DNA of 64,000 bases, taken from positions 146,571-210,570 of the forward strand of contig CAVOTW010000031.1 of the NCBI GenBank assembly GCA_963699405.1. The letters run 5' to 3'. This DNA comes from an uncultured Acidobacteriaceae bacterium (lineage in GTDB: Bacteria; Acidobacteriota; Terriglobia; Terriglobales; Acidobacteriaceae). How positions within the stretch are numbered: the stretch's first letter is position 1; every line of letters starts with the position of its first letter. Below are positions 30,426-39,332 of this stretch, one piece after another. The position numbers were made by a program, and so were the translations under genes. The notes beneath the pieces are model-generated. The model had not been told where the DNA came from. It did not search any database and saw only the letters and a list, made by a program, of their open reading frames with translations.

Positions 30426-31292
30426 TCATCGGTACTGCTCCACCTCGCGTACCTGCAGCACATATCCCATCGCTGTCATCACCGGACCCCAGACGGATTC
30501 AATCGTCTGAACCGCCGTCTCCGGCAGAACCGTACTCCACTTTGCCGGATCCTGCGGGGTTGCATGACCCTGTGCCGCCTGCAAGGCTGAACGGATTCGC
30601 TCCGATGGTGCATCAAGACTTACTCCAGCAAGGTTCAGAAACCCAGCAACTTTTTCAAGCGCCGCCTCGGGATCACTAAGGAGATCTTCGTACCGCACCA
30701 GCAACATGGCGTTCGGGTCGCGTCCGCGCGCACCGATCCAACTCATCACATTCTCACCCCAGGAAGCGGGCGTGCCCAGAAACTCATCTTTCAAGCGGCT
30801 CCGGTAGGAGAATCCCCGGTTGGCCTTGATCGAGCCGGAAAACTCCTCTGCCCATCCGCCGCGGTATTCATCGGTCTTCGTCGTGAAGAATTCTGGAACG
30901 AATTGTTCAAGGCTTATGGAATCGTCGATGCTTCCCCCTAGTCGCCGCTGCTCGTAAAGTGCTACGGCAACGTCCCTGGGGTCGCGAACCAGGTAAATTG
31001 CTTTGCGATACTCCGGGTCGAAGCACTCATGGCTGAAGATGATTCGGGGTTGTTTCATGCTGGCGAACCCGCGCCGCGACTCGTGATACAAATCCGGCAA
31101 ACGTGACATGACGTTGGCGTCTGTCGCAGGATTCGAAGGATCGAGAAGATTCGCAATCAGGCGTCGCAGCCACTGCCCTCCGGAGCCGGGGTATGCCACC
31201 ACGAACAGGTCATCCGGAAGCCGGAACAAGGCTCTGCCGGCGATGTCCCGCTCCAAAAAATAGTTCGCCAGGTAAGCCAATCGGATCATCAT
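30426..31292 (-). CDS. PAPS-type sulfotransferase (Sulfotransfer_1-like, divergent P-loop)
   Basis: AYPGSGGQWLRRL, YLVRDPRDVAVALY and LLVRYEDLL. Confidence 0.8.
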   Translation of the reverse strand: MMIRLAYLANYFLERDIAGRALFRLPDDLFVVAYPGSGGQWLRRLIANLLDPSNPATDANVMSRLPDLYHESRRGFASMKQPRIIFSHECFDPEYRKAIYLVRDPRDVAVALYEQRRLGGSIDDSISLEQFVPEFFTTKTDEYRGGWAEEFSGSIKANRGFSYRSRLKDEFLGTPASWGENVMSWIGARGRDPNAMLLVRYEDLLSDPEAALEKVAGFLNLAGVSLDAPSERIRSALQAAQGHATPQDPAKWSTVLPETAVQTIESVWGPVMTAMGYVLQVREVEQYR

Positions 31293-31561
31293 CGGTGTTT
31301 CCCGGTTCTCAATGCTGAAAACCTCCTTGTGGCGAGCCGTTGAAAATGTTGGGAGAACGCGAAAATAACTGTTTCTAAGAGTTGGCGTTTCCTTTCATCA
31401 ATTTTATCCTGTTTCCGAAATTTAACTATTTGCCGTTCGGGAACCCTATCGGCTGTGAACTTCAGGAAGCAAGAGGCCGACAAATCGAGATGTGTTAACC
31501 TGCAGGGGAATAATCGGTGCACCCGAAACCGGCCGACAGACAATACTTTAGATTTCGACGA

Positions 31562-32560
31562 ATGAGCAGCGCCGGATCAGACGCAACGCCTCCTCAAAGC
31601 CCGACCCCGAAGGTCAGCGTCATCATTCCCGCATACAATACTGCGCCCTTCATAGCGGAGACATTGAACTCCGTTTTCGCCCAAACCTTTCGGGACTTCG
31701 AGGTGATCGTCGTCAACGACGGCTCGCCGGATACGTCGGAACTCGAAGTCGCGCTTGAGCCCTACAGGAATCGTATCCGCTATATCAAACAGGAGAACAA
31801 AGGTCTTCCGGGCGCGCGGAACGCGGGCATTGGTCTGGCGCGCGGCGAACTGCTCGCCTTCGTCGATAGCGATGACCTCTGGATGCCTGATTATCTCGCC
31901 GCGCAAGTGGAGTTTCTTGACGCCCATCCTCAGGTTTATGCGTCCATCTCGGACGCGCTGCTTTTCGGATCGGGCGGAGACGTGGTATGGAGGATGCTGA
32001 AAGAAGGCGCGGGTCCTATCCTCGGGTTTGAAGAGATGCTGAAGCGAAAAGGGGGACAACTCCCGTCTGCCATGGTCGCTCGGCGGCGACGAGTGGTCGA
32101 CATGGGATTATTTGACGAGCGTATACGCATTGGCGAGGACGTCGAATTCTGCGTGCGTCTCTCGTTTCCCGACGGCGCCATTGGCTACCTCGGACGTGTG
32201 CTGGTGAAATACCGCCAACGCCCGGGCAGCTTAACGGAAGATCCGCGACGTCGAAAGTGGAAGATTGCGGAGATAGAATCTTTGCGCAGGATCGGCGAGA
32301 ACCTGGCTCTCAACGAGGCTCAGCGCAGGTTGCTGGATGACGAGATTGCCGCCGCAGCCGCGGCGGTGGCGTTGGGCGATGCGTATCATCACATATCCCT
32401 GCACGAATACGGACCGGCTGTTGAATGCTTCCGCTCGGCCAACGCCTACTATCGGGATACGCGCGTGAGCGTTGCCTCATTTTGTCTTCATGCCTTGCCA
32501 TGGCTGGCAGGTCCAGTCCTGAACTGGCGCTGGAAGCGGCGTCCCGTCCGGCGGATCTGA
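31562..32560 (+). CDS. Family 2 glycosyltransferase
   Basis: VSVIIPAYNTAPFIAETLNSVFAQTFRDFEVIVVNDGSPD and FVDSDD. Start at ATG 31562 within ORF 31517-32560. Confidence 0.85.
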   Translation: MSSAGSDATPPQSPTPKVSVIIPAYNTAPFIAETLNSVFAQTFRDFEVIVVNDGSPDTSELEVALEPYRNRIRYIKQENKGLPGARNAGIGLARGELLAFVDSDDLWMPDYLAAQVEFLDAHPQVYASISDALLFGSGGDVVWRMLKEGAGPILGFEEMLKRKGGQLPSAMVARRRRVVDMGLFDERIRIGEDVEFCVRLSFPDGAIGYLGRVLVKYRQRPGSLTEDPRRRKWKIAEIESLRRIGENLALNEAQRRLLDDEIAAAAAAVALGDAYHHISLHEYGPAVECFRSANAYYRDTRVSVASFCLHALPWLAGPVLNWRWKRRPVRRI

Positions 32561-32631
32561 TTGCGTGCGTCTTCTGGCGAGAAAAACTTCACATCCGCTT
32601 CTGGCCGCGCCCACGTTTCCTTCAATTCGAC

Positions 32632-34524
32632 CTAATCATTATCTGGGGGTGACGGCGGCGCTTTGCTGTTGATGAAAACCTCGGGACCGACGTCCGGCTT
32701 GATGGGATAAAATTTAGCTGCACCCTGGCTGAAATCAAAGAAATCCGACAAGTCGCCCAAGGCGTAGGAATCCGCATACCCCACCGTTGGGTTGATTTGT
32801 CCCAGCCCAAACTGTTCCTCAATGAACAACAGAATGCTGCCAAAATCGTTCTGCTGGTGAGAAACGTAATTCTGCTTCCCGTAGGGTGAAATTACGATGA
32901 TCGGCACCCGGTAGCCATATTCATAGGAATTGGGGTACGAGTCAGGGTTGTTGCGAATCGGCGGCGCCACATGATCGAACCATCCTCCCCAGTCGTCCCA
33001 GGTGACAATGATCGCCGTACTGCCCCAGAACGGACTCTGGCCGACCGCATTGACGATGTTGTCTACCCACGACGGCCCATTGTCTGTGGAGTTTCCGGCG
33101 TGATCAGAATTCGGTGCGTCGGGAATGACCCAGGTGACATTCGCAAGGTCACCGGCCTGAATGTCAGTGAGGATTTTAGCTCCTGACCCTTCGAGCACGA
33201 CATTGTCGTTCCACTGCGTTCCGTTGCACGCGAGTTGGTCGGGTGGTCCCGTAGTGGGCAGACATATCTCCTGAATGGCATCGGGCGCGGTCCAAATCGA
33301 TCCGTCCTCCGCCGCGTAATACCTCCAAGTCAGGCCCGCGCTATTCAGTAAATCGGCCAGCGTGGGACGGTCAAAGCATTCCACCCCGTTCAAGAGAAAC
33401 TCGTTTCCATTGGGGAACGGTTGACTGGTATCAATGAGCTTGACACTCGAACTGGGAGGCGCGAGACAACCCACTCCCGGTGTTCCGTCAGCGCGCGTGT
33501 TGTCTTCTGGATTGCCCGAAACGTAGACCGTGCTCGTGGTCCCGGCGGGGCAGCTTCCTCCCGGCGTGCAAACTGCCGACGTTCCCCCAAAAAGGTATTG
33601 GTGCGCGGGGAAACTCGGCCCCTGATTGCTTTGGAACATGTTGTCCCCGAACGCGTAGGTCTGGGCCAATTGGATGTAAAGTTGATCCGCGCTGCCAGGC
33701 ACATATTGCATCTGGGGATTCGGGGGACAATCGGCTCCCGGGTCACATTGGTTCGGGTTCCAGCCATCCATGGCACATTCCGTTCCGTTCCAATCGCAGT
33801 CGTCCAGGAATCCGTCGTGACCGTGGCCCAGGTCGTAGCACTTTTCCCCGTTCTTGTTGCAGGTGATCAGCCCTTGTGCGATGGGAGTCAGCGAAACCTT
33901 GGTTGTGCCTACGTAACCGTAGTTCTGGATGTTGTATTGGTTCTGGCCGGTTCCGCAGCCGGGCACCCCACCGTTCGCGGTGCACAATCCCTGAAACATG
34001 TTGTCGGTCGTCCGGTTTTCCTGAACGATGATCACGACGTGTTCAATCTTGCCGCCCCCGCCCACGCCAATCTGTGTCTGGATGGACTGCGTAGCACTGG
34101 CCGGCCCGCCGCCGGAAACTGTCGCTTGATTGGGATACGTTCCCGAAGCGCCCGCGGCAACATTGACATTGATCGTGATGGTCGAATTGGCCCCCGCCGC
34201 GATTGGGCCTGCGCTTGTGCAAGCAACCGATCCCGAACTGGCGGTGCAGGTCCAGCCACTACCGAAGGTACCGTTGGCAGTGAAAACGCTGGGCAACGTG
34301 TCCGTGACCATGATCGTTCCGCTGGTTGCAGCCGAGGTGTTGTTGGTCACCGCGATCGCATACTGCCCAGTCGTCCCACCGGGGGCGAAACTGCCGCTCT
34401 GCGATAGGGTTATGCCCCAACCCCCGGAACGGGAGACGCTGCTGCTACCCCCTCCACATCCAATGAGCGCCCCGGTCAGGCAAATTGCACAAGCGCACAA
34501 AAGGACGAGCTTTCGTTGCATCAT
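32632..34524 (-). CDS. Lipoprotein phosphoesterase (phospholipase C/AcpA type) with N-terminal Ig/DUF11-like region
   Basis: ATG 34524. Lipobox LTGALIGCGGG. An Ig-like segment (YAIAVTNN...TITINVNVAAG), then VVIIVQENRTTDNMFQG, TWDDWGGWFDHV and GYRVPIIVISPY. Paralog of 23771-24970. Confidence 0.75.
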   Translation of the reverse strand: MMQRKLVLLCACAICLTGALIGCGGGSSSVSRSGGWGITLSQSGSFAPGGTTGQYAIAVTNNTSAATSGTIMVTDTLPSVFTANGTFGSGWTCTASSGSVACTSAGPIAAGANSTITINVNVAAGASGTYPNQATVSGGGPASATQSIQTQIGVGGGGKIEHVVIIVQENRTTDNMFQGLCTANGGVPGCGTGQNQYNIQNYGYVGTTKVSLTPIAQGLITCNKNGEKCYDLGHGHDGFLDDCDWNGTECAMDGWNPNQCDPGADCPPNPQMQYVPGSADQLYIQLAQTYAFGDNMFQSNQGPSFPAHQYLFGGTSAVCTPGGSCPAGTTSTVYVSGNPEDNTRADGTPGVGCLAPPSSSVKLIDTSQPFPNGNEFLLNGVECFDRPTLADLLNSAGLTWRYYAAEDGSIWTAPDAIQEICLPTTGPPDQLACNGTQWNDNVVLEGSGAKILTDIQAGDLANVTWVIPDAPNSDHAGNSTDNGPSWVDNIVNAVGQSPFWGSTAIIVTWDDWGGWFDHVAPPIRNNPDSYPNSYEYGYRVPIIVISPYGKQNYVSHQQNDFGSILLFIEEQFGLGQINPTVGYADSYALGDLSDFFDFSQGAAKFYPIKPDVGPEVFINSKAPPSPPDND

Positions 34525-35027
34525 GCGACGACTCCCGTTTGAAAAAGTGCCTGCCAAGGACTTGCAGCTGCGGAATTCCAGCTGTCCGGCGGAAAAATTG
34601 TACGTCAGCGGTGTAAAAAAAAATTGTATGCCTGCGGTATAAATTTGATGCAACTCAGAGGGGCACAGGTTTGCCTGTCCTCACGGCTGTTCTCGAAGGT
34701 CTCATTATTTTGGCGACCCGGAATCGGAGAAACGATGACCTGGGCAGGGTGCGGATTTGGTTGCCACTGGCTCGTTTACTATCAGCCGACCCCGGCCAAT
34801 CGATCGGGATCGACACGTCCCGGTTGGTGCAAGTATAGCATTATCAGCGACATAAGCCATGTCCTCAACGCCGCTAGAATAGCGTTTGTGGCGGAACTCC
34901 GGGGGATTGACAAACCAAACGGAATCGCTATTCTGGAAGCAAGTAAGGCAATTGGTACTTCCCCGCTAGGTGGCGAATCCCCTTCCTCACTCACCAGAAA
35001 AGGGAATTCCTTATCTCCGAGGGCGCT

Positions 35028-36092
35028 ATGAAAGTCGAAGGCGTGAGTTCAATGTTGAGTGGGACAGCCAACCGGAAGACGTTCTGGATCAAGACGTTCT
35101 GGATCAAGGCGTTCGGGATCAAGACGGTCGGGATCTACATCCTCTGGATGTTGATCGGTCTGTGGCTCGTCGTACCGGCAAGCGCGGGTACGAAGGCGGG
35201 GGTTAGAGCTGGGGGCACCATCATTGATTCCACGATGGTGTGGGACGGAGTCACCCGTTATTACGAGGTCTATCTTCCGCCCAATCTTCCCGCAAATCCG
35301 CCGATGGTTTTGATGCTCCACGGAACCAGCCACGGCAGCAATCCCCCCATCGCCGCAATGTGGGGCTGGCAGAATGTCTCCAATAAGTATGGTTTTATCC
35401 TGGTTAAACCCGCTTCCACTTACAACGCGAACTCTCAGCAGTGGAATTGGAACGCGTATTACATGAGTGAGGCTTTTACCGCAGCCGACGTCGGAACCTG
35501 TACCGTACCGCCTGCCACGGCATGCCCGGATGATGCCGGGTTTCTACGCCAGTTGATCCTCAACCTGACAGCGCAATACAACGTGAATCCCAACCAGGTC
35601 TACGTCGCTGGATTCTCCTCGGGCGCGCAAATGACGCATCGAGTCGGGGTGGAGATTTCAGATCTGGTGGCGGCGATTGCTATTGGATCGGGCACAATCG
35701 TCGGCCAGCCGGATCCTCCGCCGATCATTTTGCCGGGAGCTCCGCTTGCCCCCATTTCCGTGCAGGAGTGGCACGGCACGAAGGATGCCGAAATCCCGCC
35801 ATGTAATAACGGCAAGACAAAATACTCGGGTGACAATTTTTACCTGGCCACCGTGGACCAGTCCTTCGATTACTGGACTCAGTATGAAGGCTGCACCGTG
35901 TTTCAAAACAATGAGCCATTGTGCGAAGGCGGATTGGCAAACCCGGGTACCGCGGGCAACGATGCCACGGGCTGTACCAACAACACCGAAGTCCAGTTTA
36001 TTTGGGAGCAGAACGTTGGGCACAGTTTTCAAAGCCAGAATGACACGGCCCGATGGCTTTTCTTTGCCGCCCATCCGATGCAGCCGCAGTAA
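35028..36092 (+). CDS. Secreted esterase, PHB-depolymerase/LpqC family (tandem copy 1)
   Basis: WDGVTRYYEVYLPPNLPANPPMVLMLHGT and VAGFSSGAQMTHRVG. The N-terminus contains the 15-bp x4 repeat. ATG 35148 is an alternative start. Confidence 0.8.
   Translation: MKVEGVSSMLSGTANRKTFWIKTFWIKAFGIKTVGIYILWMLIGLWLVVPASAGTKAGVRAGGTIIDSTMVWDGVTRYYEVYLPPNLPANPPMVLMLHGTSHGSNPPIAAMWGWQNVSNKYGFILVKPASTYNANSQQWNWNAYYMSEAFTAADVGTCTVPPATACPDDAGFLRQLILNLTAQYNVNPNQVYVAGFSSGAQMTHRVGVEISDLVAAIAIGSGTIVGQPDPPPIILPGAPLAPISVQEWHGTKDAEIPPCNNGKTKYSGDNFYLATVDQSFDYWTQYEGCTVFQNNEPLCEGGLANPGTAGNDATGCTNNTEVQFIWEQNVGHSFQSQNDTARWLFFAAHPMQPQ
35076..35135 (+). repeat. Tandem repeat, 15 bp x 4, inside the 5' end of the esterase gene
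   Basis: AAGACGTTCTGGATC (35076), AAGACGTTCTGGATC (35091), AAGGCGTTCGGGATC (35106) and AAGACGGTCGGGATC (35121), encoding KTFWI KTFWI KAFGI KTVGI. Confidence 0.9.
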
Positions 36093-36164
36093 TCACGCTC
36101 CTTACCCCGAGGCTTGGAACAACGCAGCAGCAGAGAAGGGAATGCTTTTCTCTCCAAGGGCTCT

Positions 36165-37184
36165 ATGAAATTCGAAGGCGAAAAAGCAGCAATTTTAAGC
36201 GGAGCAGCCAAGCGGAGGCCGTTTGTAATTGTAGTAAGGATCGCGGGGTTGCTGATCGGTCTGCTGCTCGGGGTGCCTGCCAGCGCAGGCGCGCAGGTAG
36301 TCGCAAACGGCGGCACCATCATTGATTCCACGCTTGACTGGTATGGAGTTACGCGCCATTACCAGGTTTATCTTCCGCCCAATCTTCCAAAGAATCCGCC
36401 CATGGTTTTCATGCTTCACGGGACCAGTCACGGCCCCGGCGCTCCCATCAGCCCGATGTGGGGATGGCAGCCCGTTGCGAACAAGTATGGCTTCATCCTG
36501 GTCAAACCCGCTTCCACGTATAACGCGGAGTCCCACCAGTGGAACTGGAACGCCTATTACATGAGCGAAGCCTTTACTGCGGAGGATGTCGGGACGTGTA
36601 CCGTGCCGCCGGCAACGGCTTGTCCGGATGACGCCGGATTCTTGCGCCAGTTGATCGTCAACCTCACGGCGCAGTACGACGTGAATCCCAACCAGGTCTA
36701 CGTCGCCGGCTTTTCCTCGGGCGCGCAAATGGCGCATCGGGTCGGAGTGGAGATTTCAGATCTGGTGGCCGCCGTGGCGATTGGATCGGGCACGATTGTT
36801 GGTCAGCCGGATCCGCCGCCGATTGCTTTGCCGGGCCCTGCGGTTGCGCCCATCTCGGTGCAGGAGTGGCACGGTACGAAAGATACTGAAATCCCTCCTT
36901 GCAACAAGGGCAAAACGAACTACTCGGGTTACAATTTCTATCTGGCCACCGTCGACCAGTCTTTCGATTATTGGACCGGGCAGAATGCCTGCACCACGTT
37001 CGAGAACGATACGCCGTTGTGCAAAAACGGAAGAGCTAACCCCGATACGACGGGCAATGACGCTACGGGATGCACGAACAACACCGAAGTCCAGTTTATT
37101 TGGGAGGAACACATTGGGCACAATTGGGAAACCCAGAATGACACGACTCGCTGGCTTTTCTTTGCTGCCCACCCGAAGCAGTAA
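36165..37184 (+). CDS. Secreted esterase, PHB-depolymerase/LpqC family (tandem copy 2)
   Basis: Start at ATG 36165 (MKFEGEKAAILSG...) by analogy with MKVEGVSSMLSG at 35028; the 5' leaders are also similar. Long identical blocks are shared with copy 1, e.g. CTVPPATACPDDAGFLRQLI and VAGFSSGAQM. Confidence 0.8.
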   Translation: MKFEGEKAAILSGAAKRRPFVIVVRIAGLLIGLLLGVPASAGAQVVANGGTIIDSTLDWYGVTRHYQVYLPPNLPKNPPMVFMLHGTSHGPGAPISPMWGWQPVANKYGFILVKPASTYNAESHQWNWNAYYMSEAFTAEDVGTCTVPPATACPDDAGFLRQLIVNLTAQYDVNPNQVYVAGFSSGAQMAHRVGVEISDLVAAVAIGSGTIVGQPDPPPIALPGPAVAPISVQEWHGTKDTEIPPCNKGKTNYSGYNFYLATVDQSFDYWTGQNACTTFENDTPLCKNGRANPDTTGNDATGCTNNTEVQFIWEEHIGHNWETQNDTTRWLFFAAHPKQ

Positions 37185-37277
37185 CAAGTGCTTCTCCCGG
37201 CACGACGGCAGGCAGCAACGCAACGAACAGAAGACTTCAATCTGAATGGTGGGGAATGACCCTCGGGCCAAGGAATT

Positions 37278-37559
37278 ATGAGCGTTGAACAGGTAGTGGA
37301 TGCCAGCGAGCCGATGAAGGAACTCACCGGCTATATCGTCGAAAAAGTGATGAAAGGTAAGAAGGTCGAGATCAACGAGGATACACCTCTCGTCTCCTCC
37401 GGTCTGGTCGATTCTTTTGCGCTGATTGAGATTTTCCTCGAACTGCAGCGCATTGCCGGACGCAAGGTTCCAGCCAGCAAGGTGCAGGCCAAGGACATGG
37501 ATACCGTCCGCCTCATGTTCGCCATGGCCGAGAGGTTCGGCAAGCCAGTGAAGAGTTAG
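37278..37559 (+). CDS. DltC-like acyl/aminoacyl carrier protein
   Basis: 93 aa with the phosphopantetheine site in LVSSGLVDSFALIEIFLELQ. The G-L-(V/L)-D-S-F pattern is typical of D-alanyl carrier proteins. Confidence 0.8.
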   Translation: MSVEQVVDASEPMKELTGYIVEKVMKGKKVEINEDTPLVSSGLVDSFALIEIFLELQRIAGRKVPASKVQAKDMDTVRLMFAMAERFGKPVKS

Positions 37560-37664
37560 GTCAGGGGTAAGAGGTCAGATTGTAGAGGTGAAACCCCCCA
37601 GCTCCCAACATTAGTGCTTGAGCTAAGGATCTTACCTCTGCAAGCTGACATCTAACCTCTGACC
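37559..37664. repeat. Imperfect 31-nt inverted repeat pair between convergent genes
   Basis: GGTCAGGGGTAAGAGGTCAGATTGTAGAGGT (37559-37589) against ACCTCTGCAAGCTGACATCTAACCTCTGACC (37634-37664), with about 25 of 31 positions complementary. An inner small hairpin AGCTC...GAGCT is also present. Confidence 0.45.
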
Positions 37665-37666
37665 TT

Positions 37667-39240
37667 TTACTTGTCCCAGTTTCCCAGCATTTCCGTGATC
37701 TTCCCGCGATCGATTTTTCCGTTTACGTTGAGCGGAATCTGCGGGAAATGATAGATGCGCGTCGGAACCATGTAGCGCGGTAGTCTGGCCTGGCAGGCGG
37801 CTGTGATTTCAGCGTCGCGCGCCGGGTCAGAGCCTGAAACAACGCCAACAATGCCAGACGCGGAACCTTCCGAGAGCGGCCAGGGGATCGCAACCGCCAG
37901 TTCTGTCTTCGCCGCTTCGCGCAGCACCAGGTCGATCTCCTGCAATTCCACGCGATATCCGCTGATCTTCACCTGGAAATCTCGACGGCCGAGATAAAAC
38001 AGGCATCCGCGTTCGTCTTGCCGGACGAGATCTCCAGTTCGGTACCAGATCTGATCGCCCGTGTGTGCCAGCCTTACGAAACTCTTCGCCGTTTTTTCGG
38101 GATCGTTCAGATATCCCCGCGTGACCTGCGATCCGCCTAGGCAAAGTTCGCCGCTCTCGCCCGTCGGTACGGGTTCGAGCTCCTCATTCACGGCGCAAAC
38201 CTGTTGGCCGTCAAAGGGCCAGCCGATCGGCACCAGTCCGCGCACGCACTCGGCGGGCGATGTTTTCGAATCCCACCGGTACCAGGTGATCGCGATAGTC
38301 GCCTCGGTCGGCCCGTACAGGTTTTCAAGAATCGAATTGTTCGCCGCTTGCTGCCAGGCCTCGGCCAGGCTCGCAGAAAGAGCTTCGCCGCAAAACAGGC
38401 TCCAGCGCAGCGTTGGGAATGCTCCCGGCTCCAACAGTGCCCAGCTTGGACGCAAACATCGCAACCGACGGCACCGAGAACCAGCAGGTCAATTGTTTCT
38501 CATCCACCAGAACGGCCGGAGTCAGCGTCTGTTCGGCGTAGGGGCAGAGCGTCGCGCCCGCATCCCAGCAGGTAAACAGATCATGCACGCTGAGATCGAA
38601 CGTCAAATCGAAATTCTGGGAGCAACGATCGGCCGCGTGAAAGCCAAATCGCTTCGGCGCGTAATCCATGTAAGCAACCGCGTTCGATTGGCTGACGGCG
38701 ACTCCCTTCGGAATTCCGGTGCTGCCCGAGGTAAACAGCAAATACGCGGTCGCATTTCCATCTACAGTCGGTTCGGACGGATCGGCCACCTTCGACAACT
38801 GGCGCGCCAGCGACGACACGGTGCTTCACAGGCGATCCGCTAGTCGGCTCCCACCCGGGATCGGGAATGATCAGCGTCAACGGCTGATCGAGGCGAGGGA
38901 GCAAAGAGTCGAGCGTGGCGGCACACTCCTGGCCGACGACCAGCGTTTTGCATCCAGATGCTTTGAGCATGGTCAGCGTCCGCTCCAGTGGGAACTTGGG
39001 GTTCAGCGGACAATAGCCTCTGCCACTTCCCAGGATTCCAAGAATGCCGCCATAGGCGCCTACGCTGCGGTTGGCGAGTATTGCGACCACCCCTTCGGAG
39101 GGATCGAGACTGCCGTTGAGCGATGCCGTGATCTTTCCGGCATAGTTCCACAATTGCTCGTAGGTGAGAACGTCGTCGCCAATTTCAAGGGCGGGACTGC
39201 CGGGATTCGCGAGCAGGGAACGGAGGAAACCGCTAATCAA
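37667..39240 (-). pseudogene. DltA-like adenylate-forming carrier-protein ligase; two frameshifts
   Basis: Adenylation core motifs are spread over three ORFs: YLLFTSGSTGIPKGV (38325-38819), and NLYGPTEATI, YRTGDLV, GRRDFQVKISGYRVELQEID and NGKIDRGKI (37667-38464). The N-terminal part is in 38581-39240. Frame junctions lie at about 38438-38444 and about 38818-38826. Confidence 0.85.
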
Positions 39241-39332
39241 GCTTCTTGATTGATTTCGGCGGAGCCATGAGTCACCTAAGTTGCGTTGAAGTCGGAAAAT
39301 GGTTGGCAGGCATCATCTCGAGTGATCATGAT

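Noticed and set aside
35076-35135. CRISPR-like or other array interpretation of the 15-bp repeats.
   Set aside because: The units are directly adjacent with no spacers, only four copies are present, they are in frame inside a CDS, and no cas genes occur in the window.
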